Shown here one piece after another: positions 36,301 through 47,581 of a DNA stretch of 64,000 nt. Within the stretch, counting starts at the first letter, position 1. Each line of letters begins with the position of its first letter. The stretch is from Catajapyx aquilonaris. Lineage: Eukaryota. The notes beneath the pieces were generated by a model that did not search any database, was not told where the DNA came from, and saw only the letters and a list, made by a program, of their open reading frames with translations. Position numbers and translations under genes: made by a program. The stretch spans positions 1-64,000 of the forward strand of contig JYFJ02001872.1 in the NCBI GenBank assembly GCA_000934665.2, in the 5' to 3' direction.

Positions 36301-37107
36301 GATCTGGGAGAGCTGCTTAAGGAAGCGGCAGAGGGTGACACCGATGTGATTACCGAGCCCACCAGCGCAGAAGCAGCAGCAGCAGCAGCAGCAGACACAG
36401 AAGAAGCAACAGATTTAACTAATACAACAGCTGCTTCAGAGCCAGAGGGCAGCACAGGCACAGGTAAAAGCTGCCTGCATTCTCATCAGTGATGATGGTG
36501 AGGGAGGCAGGCATTAGTTGAGTGTACTGCAGGGTACAGCCATGGTCACTTTTTTTTGCGAAGTTTTGTGTAGCTCTTGGCAAGTTGAATGGGACTTGAT
36601 TAATTAGTGTGCCATCATGCATATTCAGTGTTGAGGTGTTAAGTCTGCCCAGCCTTGCAGGGGAAACAGTCATATTATTGTAAACTTGAGTAGATACTGT
36701 TGTAAATTTTCCTGTAAACTTGATAGATATTGGTCTGTTTTGCCCTGCCAAGTATGGATCACCACAGTTTTGCATCTGGAGCTGTCACTAATGAATGCTA
36801 CATCATTATTATGTTCTTAAAAGCGGAAGTTGATGGGGTGAAGGATACTTCGGTGAGCAAGGAAGAGGATGAGGAGGAAGAGGAAGAAGAGGAGGACTCT
36901 CATACAGAAGGCGAGAGGTGGGACAGGTTCAAGAACAGCGAGAAGGGGAGTCAGAGGGATGGAGGGCTCATTGCGGAGGACGCGGAGATGGCAGAGCCGG
37001 CAGAGGTGGAGGAGGATGTGGAGGAAGAGGATGATAATGAAAAGGCAACAAAGCTGGATGGAGTGGATGGAGAAGGGCCACCCCCAGCTGAGGTCCAGGC
37101 TTCCTAG
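27379..37107 (+). CDS. Matrin/U1-type C2H2 zinc-finger nuclear protein with RGG/RS-rich N-terminus and acidic tracts (Pep/CIZ1/ZNF638-like)
   Basis: Phase-consistent exons at about 27379-27580, 28075-28145, 28405-28512, 28770-29449, 30574-30832, 31830-32003, 32094-32231, 33725-33958, 34028-34129, 34280-34427, 34490-34621, 35062-35201, 35270-35395, 36139-36463 and 36824-37107. Zinc fingers: CPHC..HLYNQRH, CYCC..HEASEMH, CHVC..HLCSLEH, VGENFVKKVRVYYCELC..HLCSRPH. Also the motif LDNFITMDAVGD. AATAAA at about 37209. Confidence 0.85.
31090..31255. mobile_element. Palindromic MITE, CTGCC..GGCAG family (copy 1, most diverged)
   Basis: Whole-length hairpin sharing the core ACTAGTAAGGG.GAAAGTC...CCTGCACTAATCCC with the copies at 39290 and 61073. 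Flanks are ctcg / ctct. Confidence 0.88.
31517..31613. mobile_element. Small Tc1/mariner-type hairpin MITE
   Basis: TA|CAGTGCTGGACATATTAGCCGTCGCTGAATG ... CATTCAGCGATGGCTAATATGTCCAGCACTG|TA. Confidence 0.9.
32505..33023. mobile_element. Tc1/mariner-type MITE with arms of about 215 bp
   Basis: TA|CAGGGTGGTCGGTAAATGG ... CCATTTACCGACCACCCTG|TA. The highly similar arms explain the mirror ORFs at 32520 (+) and 33008 (-). Confidence 0.93.
33151..33252. repeat. Near-perfect palindrome of about 100 bp (probable MITE)
   Basis: CTATATCGCTCAAAAACATA.GAGACGATTTTGCATTTGATTCAAGTGCAG-G-CTGCACTTGAGTCAAATGCAAAATCGTCTC..TATGTTTTTGGGCGATATAG, with essentially no loop. Confidence 0.85.
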
Positions 37108-37783
37108 AAGACTGAAGGGTTAGAAGGGAGTTCCAGTGTCATGTCACGCATTATCTTCATATGTATGTGAGGGTGTTTTGGCATGGATGGGATGTAGGGG
37201 TAGATTTTAATAAATGTGTCGTTTTCAGTGATCATGTGATGTGTTTTCTTTACTTATCTCCAAATAAGGTGTGTGTTATAAATAATTTCAGTATGGAGAA
37301 AAATTAAAGACATTCGGCAGTATGGATAACATTTATGAAATTACCATATTTTGAAAGATTCTCATGGGAAATATGGTGTTATTAACCCCTTTGCTACCAG
37401 CTAGGCTGAAAATGCCTAGATTTGAGCTTACGCCTACTCTGAAGAGAGACACAAGATATTTTACAAATAACAGCTATTCATGGAAAACACTATGAAAGTG
37501 TTGCGAACAATTTTACTTCTATAGAAGCTCCTAAATTAATTTCCAAAAAGACTGCCTTAAAAACTCGACATTCGTGTACTGCCGACCAACGGTTAGGCTG
37601 ATTTAATTATGAAATACGCTAATACTCGCATATGCGGAACAACAACCTTGAGAACCGGGACACGAATTTGGTGAAATCGTCGTACTTTGCGAGAAATAAA
37701 TTCTTATTTGCGGCATTTTGACCCTTCCAAAAACTCCCAAATTGATTTACTTCTCGCGAAGTGTCACAAATCCGCAAATAAGT

Positions 37784-38116
37784 ATTAATTTATTTCTCAC
37801 AAAGTACGACGATTTCAGCAAATTCGTCTGCCCTCTTTTTACATGAGAATTTCCTCTCTCTGATCTGGATTGATTGTGAGACCTTGGAGGTGGAATTAAT
37901 TTATTTCTCGCAAAGTACGACGATTTCAGCGAATTCGTCTGTCCTCTTTTTACATGAGAATTTCCTCTCTCTGATCTGGATTGAATGTGAGACCTTGGAG
38001 GTGGAATTAATTTATTTCTCGCAAAGTACGACGATTTCAGCAAATTCGTCTGTCCTCTTTTTACATGAGATTTTCCTCTCTCTGATCTGGATTGAATGTG
38101 AGACCTTGGAGGTGGA
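37784..38116. repeat. Three tandem copies of a 111-bp unit
   Basis: Units start at 37784, 37895 and 38006 (ATTAATTTATTTCTCGCAAAGTACGACGATTTCAGC...GACCTTGGAGGTGGA) and differ by only a few substitutions. An inverted partial copy lies at about 37662-37721. Confidence 0.93.
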
Positions 38117-38394
38117 AGACTCGATAGCACAGTTTACTGCACATAGCCATGTGATAGTTTACAGGTCGTTCTCACAGTACTCACACCCACCCCCTGGAAA
38201 ATAATAACTGAATAGGCGAGTCATGGCTGTACACACAATATTTCCCTGTGTAGAGTAACCCTCCAGGGTGGAGTCAAACAATGCGGTGAAAGGTGACACT
38301 GTGACATATCCGGTCCGAGTGTGACCTTGACTCCGGTATCACCCCCAACAGTACCGTATTGAAGCGAGAGACACACACGCCCTGCATTGCCTGC

Positions 38395-38454
38395 CTCCGA
38401 TTGGCTCGGAGTCACAGGAATGTAAACAGCGTGACGTATCCCCGCTCCGATTGG
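38395..38454 (+). promoter_or_regulatory. Putative SAPCD2 promoter: two reverse CCAAT boxes and a CRE-like site
   Basis: CTCCGATTGG at 38395 and 38445 (50 bp apart), with GTGACGTA between them. A CpG-rich probable 5' UTR exon follows, with a donor at about 38689. Confidence 0.45.
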
Positions 38455-39289
38455 TTGGAGGATCAAACAGCGGTCCACCACAAGCAGCAGCAGGTGGGTG
38501 CAGCCAGCAGCAGCAAAGAAAGAGCATCTGGACTGGTCTCTTCATCTTCATCTTCAGCTCAGAGGGTGCTTCCAGGACACTGGAGGTGCGGCGGGACCAG
38601 GTGCGCTAGTGCTGCTTGGTGGTGGTGGTGCATGCGCGCGGAAAGGGGGACAAAGCACTGGATAAGTTGACTGGAGGGATTGATGAAGGGTAACGGCCTT
38701 GGATGAGTGGAGAGGAGGGAGGGGAGCGGGATTTACAAACGTTTTTATCCGGAGGGGTGTTCACCTTGGGGGGGACAAAAAAGAGGCTCAAACCGTGGCC
38801 AGATTAGTGCCGGACGAAATGGTTGAGCACTTTTAATAGCATCATTCCTTACTCATCTGACCAAAATTTTACATTGGCCAACATGCAGTGTAGGCACAAC
38901 CTACTTCGAAACATATTAAATATTCAGGCATAACAGATATGCAGATGAGGACCAAACCCATGTATGGTGATCAAGGATGCAAGAAGAAAAAATGTGACAT
39001 TCCTCAAGCTGCCTCAAACTTATACCGTGTAACAAGCCCATACTTGTGGGAATTAATAGAGGAATGACCTGAACTGTTGCAAATAAATTACAAATAATGT
39101 AATAATTATAATGAGAGATAGTCACAAGTTTCCATTACGGCGTTACTGCCAGGGAATCCACTCTGAAAATTTGGCTCAAGACACCCCACCAGCAATCATC
39201 TTTTTGCATTACTTAAGTCAATATTGGGCCGTTCTTTATACTTTACTGTGCAGTTTTTTGTTTTTTAAAAATCTGAAAAACGCACTATA

Positions 39290-39409
39290 CTGTCGTCATG
39301 CATGCCCTGCACTAATCCCCTCTTAGTCAGGGGGGATTAGTGCAGGGCGTGCATACGACTTTCGCCCTTACTAGTTTTTGAGTTACGGTCTTCTTACATC
39401 TGACGGCAG
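39290..39409. mobile_element. CTGCC..GGCAG family MITE (copy 2, left arm internally deleted)
   Basis: TATA|CTGTCGTCA ... TGACGGCAG|TATA. The right arm is nearly identical to that of the copy at 61073. Confidence 0.88.
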
Positions 39410-39549
39410 TATAGGTCACGTAGAAACAAACCTTCACGTATTATTCTGGAAATGCTGGAATATACTAGTTGTTTTTCATATTGCTTTAAGCCGCTGGAAG
39501 TGGGAACTGGAAACTTACAGTATTACCCTTTTCTCAGCTGAGGTCAAAC

Positions 39550-41924
39550 ATGCAGTCAGGAACAGATGGCCTTCCCAAGCAATTTGTGTCAGCTATGCGG
39601 ACACTGTTTGAAGTGATGGATGAACGGGGGAGTGGCTATGTCCGTCTGTCTGACCTGGAGCAGTTATGGCGAGAGGAACGGACACAGGGGGTGCCCAAAG
39701 GAGTCATTGCCAGCCTGAGGAAGGTTGCCCCACCTAGCGGGATGCTTACCTTTGATAGGTTTTGTGCAGGGCTGCAGATGTGCCTTCTTCATTGTCAAGG
39801 AGAGGTAGCAAAATCAGGGCAGAAGGACGGGCCAAGCAGACCAGGCCCACAGGTGAGGGATGAAACCCGCCCACCATCAGCACCTCTTTTGGATGTTGAG
39901 GAAGAGCGGCCTGTCACCAGTGCAGCACCACCATTGATTCCAAGAGGGAATCAACAAAGAGCAGTGAGTTTACCACAGCTATCAGGCGATGCTAAAACTG
40001 ACAGGCGCAGTGGGATTGGTGGACAGGGAGTGTTGCCTCCATCAGCAGATCTTCGAAACTACCGCAGTGAAGTCAAACTCTCAAAGTGAGTAGGCTGTCT
40101 CTGGCATAGTCAGTTTTATGCAAAACACCTTCATACTTGTGTCTGAATTGTAATCATGGCAAGCAGAGTTTTGCTTGGATTTTTGAGGAAGAAAAGTCAG
40201 TGTGTTGAGAAAATGCTGTGTAACATGTTTAAAATGATGTTTTTATATAAGTAATTTAATACAAATAATTAATCTGAGTTATGTCATGGTGCTTACGAGT
40301 CCGATGAGTGGCTTAGCAAGGAACTGAATATTTATTACCTTCACAGTGGTCACCGGGTCAAATCCATGGCTGTGTGTGGTCCTTTTGGCATGCCTGGACC
40401 TCCCAAACCACCCAGAGCTAGCAACCACCGCAATTTGAATCCTCAACCTTCTGAGCCATCACTAGGTCGTGCTGAGATACGATCAGCACTTCAGAACTGG
40501 CAACGAGGACTTATGCAGAATGAAGGTGGAGATTCCAAAGGACGTGACATGCGTCCCCCTGCACACCCTCCGCCTCCTCCTCCTCCTCCAATTTATCCTC
40601 CACCACCCACTCAAGGCCGTGGGTATGCAGATGGAAAGCCAGAAGCACCAGGACTCGATGCACAACAACAGCAACAACAACAAACAAAGCAGCAGCAACA
40701 ACAGCAACAACAAAAAAGATCTGCCGGAAGGAGAAGGGAACCTAGAAGACATACTGTTCAGAATGGGATCGACTACAGCATGCTGAAGCGACTCAAGCAG
40801 CTGGAGCAAGAGAAAGACATATTGTTGCAGGGGCTTCAGGCTGTAGAAAGGGCCAGAGATTGGTATTTACAGCAGATTTCTACAACTCAGGACAAGATGA
40901 AGTACTTGGGAAAGGATGGTGGGCTTGCGGTATGAATTTTGTATTTCTCTTAGTGTACTGCATTAGATTTACTTTGTTGTCTCATATGCCCAGTTTGCAA
41001 TATTGCATCTAGTGATAATAATGCTTCTGGAATGATCTAAATACAGTTGACTCCGGATGTAAGAGACTTCAAGGGACTGCTGAAATAAGTTTCTTATAAT
41101 AATCAAGCTCATGCATCTGGAGTCAACTGTAGTGAAATCAATGCTTTTTGACATTTAAGTGGACTACCCTGCAATAGTAAATTGTTGTGATAATAGTACA
41201 TGCTCAGTTCCACAGGAATTTGAGACCATGTGATGCTGTCAGGTTTCATATGGGACCAATTGACACAATTTAATGCATAATGTGCAAGATGCACATAAGC
41301 ATGATAAACTGCAATGGAAGGTCTACCTCATTTTCTAAATATTTAGTGGAAATTTTTGCAAAAACCAGATGAAATCAAAATACTGTGCCATGACCAGCAG
41401 GAGTCGTCACTGGAGGCAGCACAGGAGCGCCTCAACTTCCAAATGGCCCGGATCCTGGAAGTGAACCAGCTGCTTCAGGGATTGGCCTGCAACTCATCTC
41501 GTCGCTTTCCATTGCACATGAACCTGGCTGTTCCTGCCTGGGGGCGGCCATTGGATCCCCCTCCATACCCCTGGGGTGGAAACTCAAGAGGAGGTGGGGC
41601 AGGAGTCAGTAATGACTCCAGATCTGTAGAGAGACTTAAGGATCAAAACCGCCTTCTCACAGAGGTATTCAAGTACCAGAGTTGTTATTGTTTACCCCCA
41701 GTCTTGGACATTAACTCAACTCTTACACATTTCAGGAGGTGGGTAGGCAAAGTGAACGAGTAACAGACCTGCAGAGGGAAAAAGCTGCCTTGATTCGTGA
41801 ACTGTTTCAGGCTCGATCCAAAAATCTACGGGGATCAGTTGGTCAGACTGGAGGGAGTGGAGGGGGTGGTGGAGGTGGAGGCGGAGGATGGCCTGAGAGT
41901 GGGAATGAGACTGTCTTTATGTGA
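39550..41924 (+). CDS. SAPCD2: Suppressor APC domain-containing protein 2 homolog
   Basis: Exons 39550-40085, 40347-40929, 41398/41401-41664 and 41736-41924. Motifs: TDGLPKQFVSAMRTLFEVMD..LRKVAPPSGMLTFDRFCAGL, RREPRRHTVQNGIDYSMLKRLKQLEQEKDILLQGL..ARDWY, LKDQNRLLTEEV..EKAALIRELFQAR. Confidence 0.93.
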
Positions 41925-42591
41925 GAAAGTCGTTCCCTCATATGCCAAGAAATTATACCATTCATGTCAAAAGTAAGTTCAGAGCCCTGCAGTGGAAATC
42001 ACACGGACACTTTCCTCTCTCTCCTGAGTACCAGCTGCAGTCACTTAAAGGTGGAGAGGGGACAGTGTCCTCAAGGTATCTGCTGATGAGGATCTGAGCT
42101 TCCTTTCATGAAGCTTAGTATAAATGAAGACCTTGGGGAGGAAGAACAATCAAAGTCCACCTCATGTGAAAGCGAGATATTGCAATTTCAAATTTCGAAG
42201 GCCTCTATTGTATATTCCACTTTCAGGGCCTTCCATAGTGGACTATGATGATTGTTCCACAACCAAACCATCATACTCTATGCTAGTGAAACTATCTTCT
42301 GAGATATGTAGCTAATTTTTTAGAAAAAGTGGACCTTGTTCGTTCTTCCCTCGAGGTCTTCAAATAGCCAGAGGAAGCTATGTTTTCCCCTGTTATATTT
42401 TGTGGTGCCAAGTTAAGTAATATTTCTAGTGACCTGAAAGAAAACAAGTGCAATACAGATTTGTGCTACTCCAGTGCCAATTGAACAGGTCACATTTTCC
42501 CAAATAACTTGTAAGTACAATTAACATATTCCTTCAAAGATGCATCTATGTTAACCATTCATGTGATTCAAATGTTACTGCTGATAGAATG

Positions 42592-42917
42592 CAAGCAGTT
42601 CCTGGTTTACGAATGACCTGACTTACAGCGAACCGTACTTACGAACGGGCTCCCAAGGCTCCCCAGAAGGAAAGTTTATAATTTTCCCTCCCCTTTCAAT
42701 CACTTGTGTGTACGTTGACCAATACCAAGTTTAACATAAATAATTGGGAACTACGTTCTTCCACGCACGTAAACAAACACACGACATAAGCGGTTTGTTG
42801 GAGCAGCATATTTACACTCCATTTATGCTTTGTTCCTCAGAAATCTGAGTTGCATTCAAATGTGACTTATGAACATTTTTATAAATGGAACCCTATTCAT
42901 AGACCAGGGACTTCCTG
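42592..42917. mobile_element. Old pogo/Tigger-like MITE
   Basis: CAAGCAGTTCCTGGTTTACGAA ... TTCATAGACCAGGGACTTCCTG|TA. Degenerate TIR of about 22 bp, with sub-terminal ACTTACGAA-like repeats. Confidence 0.6.
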
Positions 42918-45552
42918 TACTGCTCTTCAGTTGTTCACATTAGATGCACTATTTCTGCAATGACGTATTTCTAAAAATGTAAATTCAGTACAATTCCTGC
43001 ACAGCATGAATACATGAATGCTGAATTGTAAAGGATACATTGGGTAGCTATTAGGATGATGTAATAGAAGAATAATCTCACAGAATGGTCACAGAAGCAA
43101 GGGAATTCCCTAAGCTGTAATGCATTTACCCTGAGATTACTTGTAAGGACTTAGCAACATTCACTCACTCTTCTGACAAAATGGCATGACAGCAGATAAG
43201 TATCAGAAGCTTTGTAGTAAGTGGCAATTACCTTGCACCTGCATTTATATTCGGTAATATTTATAAGAAAAAGTACCATTATGAAGGTTTTATAAATATT
43301 TTGCTTGACACTGCCTTCTTATTTGCCCCAAATGATCCTTTCGTTTCGTTCACAGCAAAATGCATATTATTCTAATGCGGTAATTGCTCTTGAATGGTTC
43401 GCTGGAAATTATCTCAAACCTCAATATCCCATAATTCAATCCCAGATTGATTCCAGTTTCTGGAAGGGTTATTCAAAATAAGACTCCAAAATGAAGCTTG
43501 TGCTGCTAAGACTTGGTTGCATCATCTCAAAGTTAAGGTAGGATCAGGTGATATGTATGAATATTTTGGATATTCATATATGATTATGTAATAAGTACAG
43601 AACGGATTTTTAGGTTCTAAAAAAACCTTCAAATAGGTACCTCTCTCTTACACATGTTTGTGGTACTTTTTCCATATTATTAATATAGTATTTTTAAGTC
43701 ATTTGCAAGCGGGAGTAATTGACACCGTCGTGAAATTTTAAGTGATGTCATAACAAGCACCCAAAAATGCACAAAAAATTGGTGCTCCTGACCAATGAAG
43801 CCGATTTTTATGTTTAGCTATAACCTTTCGGCAAATAATAATTTTGTCAAAATTTGACTGATTTGAGAACTACTAGAAGTTGGGAGAACCCTAATTTTCA
43901 GTGTTTATTGTGCCTAGAGGGAATGGTCAACCACAAACTCAACCCTATTTTGTGCAGGGAGGGTGGGATCCAGTGTCTCCTCTTTCGGCCAGAGTTGGAA
44001 CTCGAAGAAGTCTGGATTCTTTATATCCCCACCTTAACATTCAGGGAGGTGGATGCCATAATCGGCAGTGGTCAGGGTCCTAAAATATTGGTTGAAGCCA
44101 GAATAAGTGTGAGTTAGTTCAGTTTTATTATTTTTGGTTTTGGCACCAAGTACATCATTGCCAGTCATCATAAAACAAGCACTATTATATTAACATGGCA
44201 CTCATTTGACAGGCCACATTTCTTCTGCCAAATTCAAGTCCAATAAACACGATTATTAAGGGTGCCATCTAGGGATCTCCATCAGTACATTAGTGACATC
44301 AAATATGGTGGGAAATAAAGGAGGGAATTAACTTATCATTTTGTACCATCTTGGGGGGCAAAAAAAGCCCTTCTTTTAGCTGCTGTATAACATTCCATGG
44401 ATGGTGGATCCATACCAAACAGTGATGTCACATGCGGCAACAGCAAATTGTAGCTTCTCCAAAGACCTGCTTGCTTTATGGCACTAGAGCCATTGTAAAG
44501 TTGTAGCTGGGTCACAGCGAGGGCCCTAAGACATGGTGGCCCAGGGTTTATCATGCAGCTCTGCCTGGGACGTGCCTGGCAGCAAGCACGCAGGGACAAA
44601 GTAACACGACTCTCGTCTTTGGAATTGCTTCCAGGTCTGATTACACACTGTGCCAGCACCTTTTCCCCAAATGCTAACCTACAGTCCGTTAAATGAAAGA
44701 AAGAAGTGACCGTCACATTCAGCCCGCCTCCACACGACTTTTCCCTCCTATCACGTCCCCAAATTCCCCTGCTGCGCATGCTCAGAAAACACAACTGACC
44801 ATGTACTCCCTACAAGTTAAAGTGGAGCCACTCCCCCTCTGATGAATGTGTTCAGGTTGGCATCCTTTACATAAAAGGCATGACACTGTCCCCTTTAACA
44901 TCATATTCATGTAGAATTGATTTTCTCTTTGTCTGTCTAGAGTGAGTCATAATCTCTGTTCAGTTAGGTGCATGTAGTACCCCTCGCATGACCACGTGAG
45001 TGGCAGTAGTGCGCCGAGAGAAAGTACCATCTATGTGAGGGATATGGTACAGTGCAGTACTACATGGGCAGTTGGGGGCTCGGGCAGTTATGCCTAGTTT
45101 TGGCAACAGGTTCACTAGTAAATGATGTTCTCAAGGTGGTCCCCTAAACTGTCGGTTAATGTGATTCAACCATTGTGTGTGTCATAGTTATTGCCATAAG
45201 ATTACTAGAAATTTTACTCTCACTGGTACATTTTGTATACACAATAAATCAACCTGACACTGATGGTGCATAACATGCTAAGTCATGTGATGTGCTGCAT
45301 AATTATGCTTTACCTATACGTGAAGGTGGAATGTGACAATATAACTAACTTACATTACTGTTAGTTATAAATCATGAAGCTTGTCAATTTTTAAGCAGTA
45401 ATGCATGTAAAACAACAATTTTAATATTTAATGGACAAATTCCATTCAAATTATTATCTATGGTCAATAAGGGCCCTGCATTTATGTAATATCACAAGTG
45501 AGTACAGACTAGAATATAAATTGCATCAATACCAGCTGTATAAAATATGGCA

Positions 45553-46631
45553 TCAGTACTCCTTCCTGTCACCCCAGTTGATTCCATCATAAGGCAGTGG
45601 GGATGGCACCAATGGATTGAGCCATGCCAAATACCACCTGGAACCCATGGCCTCTTCCAGATTGGCTTCCCAACCTGCATCATAAACTCTCAATTTATCG
45701 ACATTCTCTCTGGAGGTTTGACCTCGCAGGGTCAGTCGCAGATGGTGGTACAGAAATGCTCCTGAGAGCAAAACTCCAACAACGTTGACTGCATAGAGTA
45801 AGAGGTACAGTTGGCTTGGGGATGAGTCAACACCCAGGACCAGAACAATCATGGGCAGCACTATCTTAAGTAGCCCAAGGACTGAAGACATATCAATGTG
45901 TTCCCAAACAAAGGTGTGGTTCAGAATTGTGCTGTAGGCGGTGGCCAAGCAGAGATGGAGGAGGAAGGAAAGAAAGTAGCGCTGAGTGTTGTGACCGATA
46001 CAGCATCCGGTGAACATGCAGTGGTGGTCCCGCTTCAGGATGCAGATGTGGCAGGTGTGACAGTGTCGCGTGCGGGGTGGAGCAGCTGATTCACACACTG
46101 CACAGAAGTGCCATCCAGGTGGGAGATAGCCTGTAAAAATAAAAGTACATACAGAAGGCAGAAGTCCGGCAGAAGTCCATGCACTAAGGACAGTGAAACC
46201 AGTTTGTAGCTGAGTTTCTTCATTTCACAAAAATTGCTTAACTGAACAAGTTTCTGTTAGCTTAACTGTCGATAAAAACACACTGGTTGAGCCAAAATGG
46301 CAATATCAGAGTTGTTGGTTTTGAAATAGTATTAGCTTGGTATTAGTTATTAGATAAGCAAGACCATACTTGGCATCATGAGTCCACGTGTGCTGGTGTC
46401 AATGACGACGCATGCAGCAAAGTTGGAAACGAGGTTGATGAGCATGAACGTTCCAACAACCAGGTTGACATAATACCACACGGTCTCTCCTGGAAACTGG
46501 TGAGGAATGACAACAAAGATCTCAAACCAGTAGATGATGGGGATCATCATGGCAAGAAACAGGAGGGAGGCCCAGTCAGCCAGCACTCTTGGGCGCCACC
46601 GTGTACGGTACCGCACATCTGCTTCCGACAT
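45553..46631 (-). CDS. DHHC palmitoyltransferase, ZDHHC24-like (about 279 aa)
   Basis: Exons 46631-46370 and 46130-45553 (phase 1). Two transmembrane (TM) segments precede GWHFCAVCESAAPPRTRHCHTCHICILKRDHHCMFTGCCIGHNTQRYF, followed by further TM segments and YDAGWEANLEEAMGSRWYLAWLNPLVPSPLPYDGINW. The C-terminus resembles the ZDHHC24 group. Confidence 0.93.
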
Positions 46632-46779
46632 TGCCCCTAAGCCTGTCTCTGCCCCGTGGAATGTGACTAGAGTAGCAGTGGATCTACTCGGCCAAGGAGT
46701 GGCACACCATCTGAAACATTGCACGGAACCAGTTAGGTAAGACACGTCAGTGTTGAAATTGTACGAATTGCACCTTACT

Positions 46780-47580
46780 GGTCCAATCGAATGGCTGGGC
46801 CGTCCGCCCCAGGGTCAGCCCCGCACCACTGACCGCACCGGTCTTGGCACCGGTCCGCACACCGTCAGCTTGTGTGTGACAGAACCAGCCGGTTACAGCA
46901 TAGCGACTACTTGCAACTGACAGCAGGTAGACTTATCGATGCGGGCTATCCGTAATGCAGCCACAATCTGTGACCAAACTGCGACGAGATCTGGACCGAA
47001 CACTGCCCCGGTACCGAACCAAGCAGTACTACAACGGACAGTGAGCCAAATATCGTGAATGTGAACCGGTTGCGGATAGCCGCTACCCAGTAACGGCTAC
47101 CCAGTCAGTAGTCATATGTTGCTAATGCCGACTTGCGAAAATTCGGACGCGCCCTCAAAGGCTGCCGATTCTCGCAAAAAAACAAGGCAGATTTTTTTTC
47201 CCCCTCCGCTGTCCTCCCCCCGCCCCCGCCCATTCCATCCCTTACAGTGCTTTCTGCTTTCTGCCTGGGGGTGGGATGGTTGAGTGAAAGGTGGGCCGTA
47301 ACCAGGGCAGGCAGCCAACCGAAGGAGATTGCTGCTGCAACAACACACTGCCTCCATTCATCATCCCGCTGGATCATCCCCATCTCCCGGGACATACATC
47401 CGCGCAGGATCTCGTGATCTCCGTCCGTCCGACGAGGTGAAGGAGATGCTGTGGTCAACGGAGGAGGAGCAGGATAGGCAGCTGGGACAGTCCCAGGAGG
47501 ACAGCCACACGGGGACGCCTGGGAAATGAGTCTGCTGGTGTCTGCACCGGTGGTGGTCACATCTATAGCCAGGTCCTCGG
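46780..47580. promoter_or_regulatory. Putative bidirectional promoter and 5' UTRs of the ZDHHC (-) and DENND1 (+) genes
   Basis: The two start codons are about 950 bp apart, head to head. The region is CpG-rich, with a GC-box-like CCCCGCCCC and a DRE-like TATCGATG at about 46934. Confidence 0.6.
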
Positions 47581-47581
47581 C

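Noticed and set aside
37747..38204. Repeat-protein ORFs or a CRISPR-like array
   Set aside because: The 111-bp units are contiguous with no unique spacers, the context is eukaryotic with no cas genes, and the frames stay open only because 111 is a multiple of 3.
44336..44794. 152-aa minus-strand ORF downstream of the ZDHHC gene
   Set aside because: It shows no recognisable domain or splice context and is probably 3' UTR or intergenic sequence.
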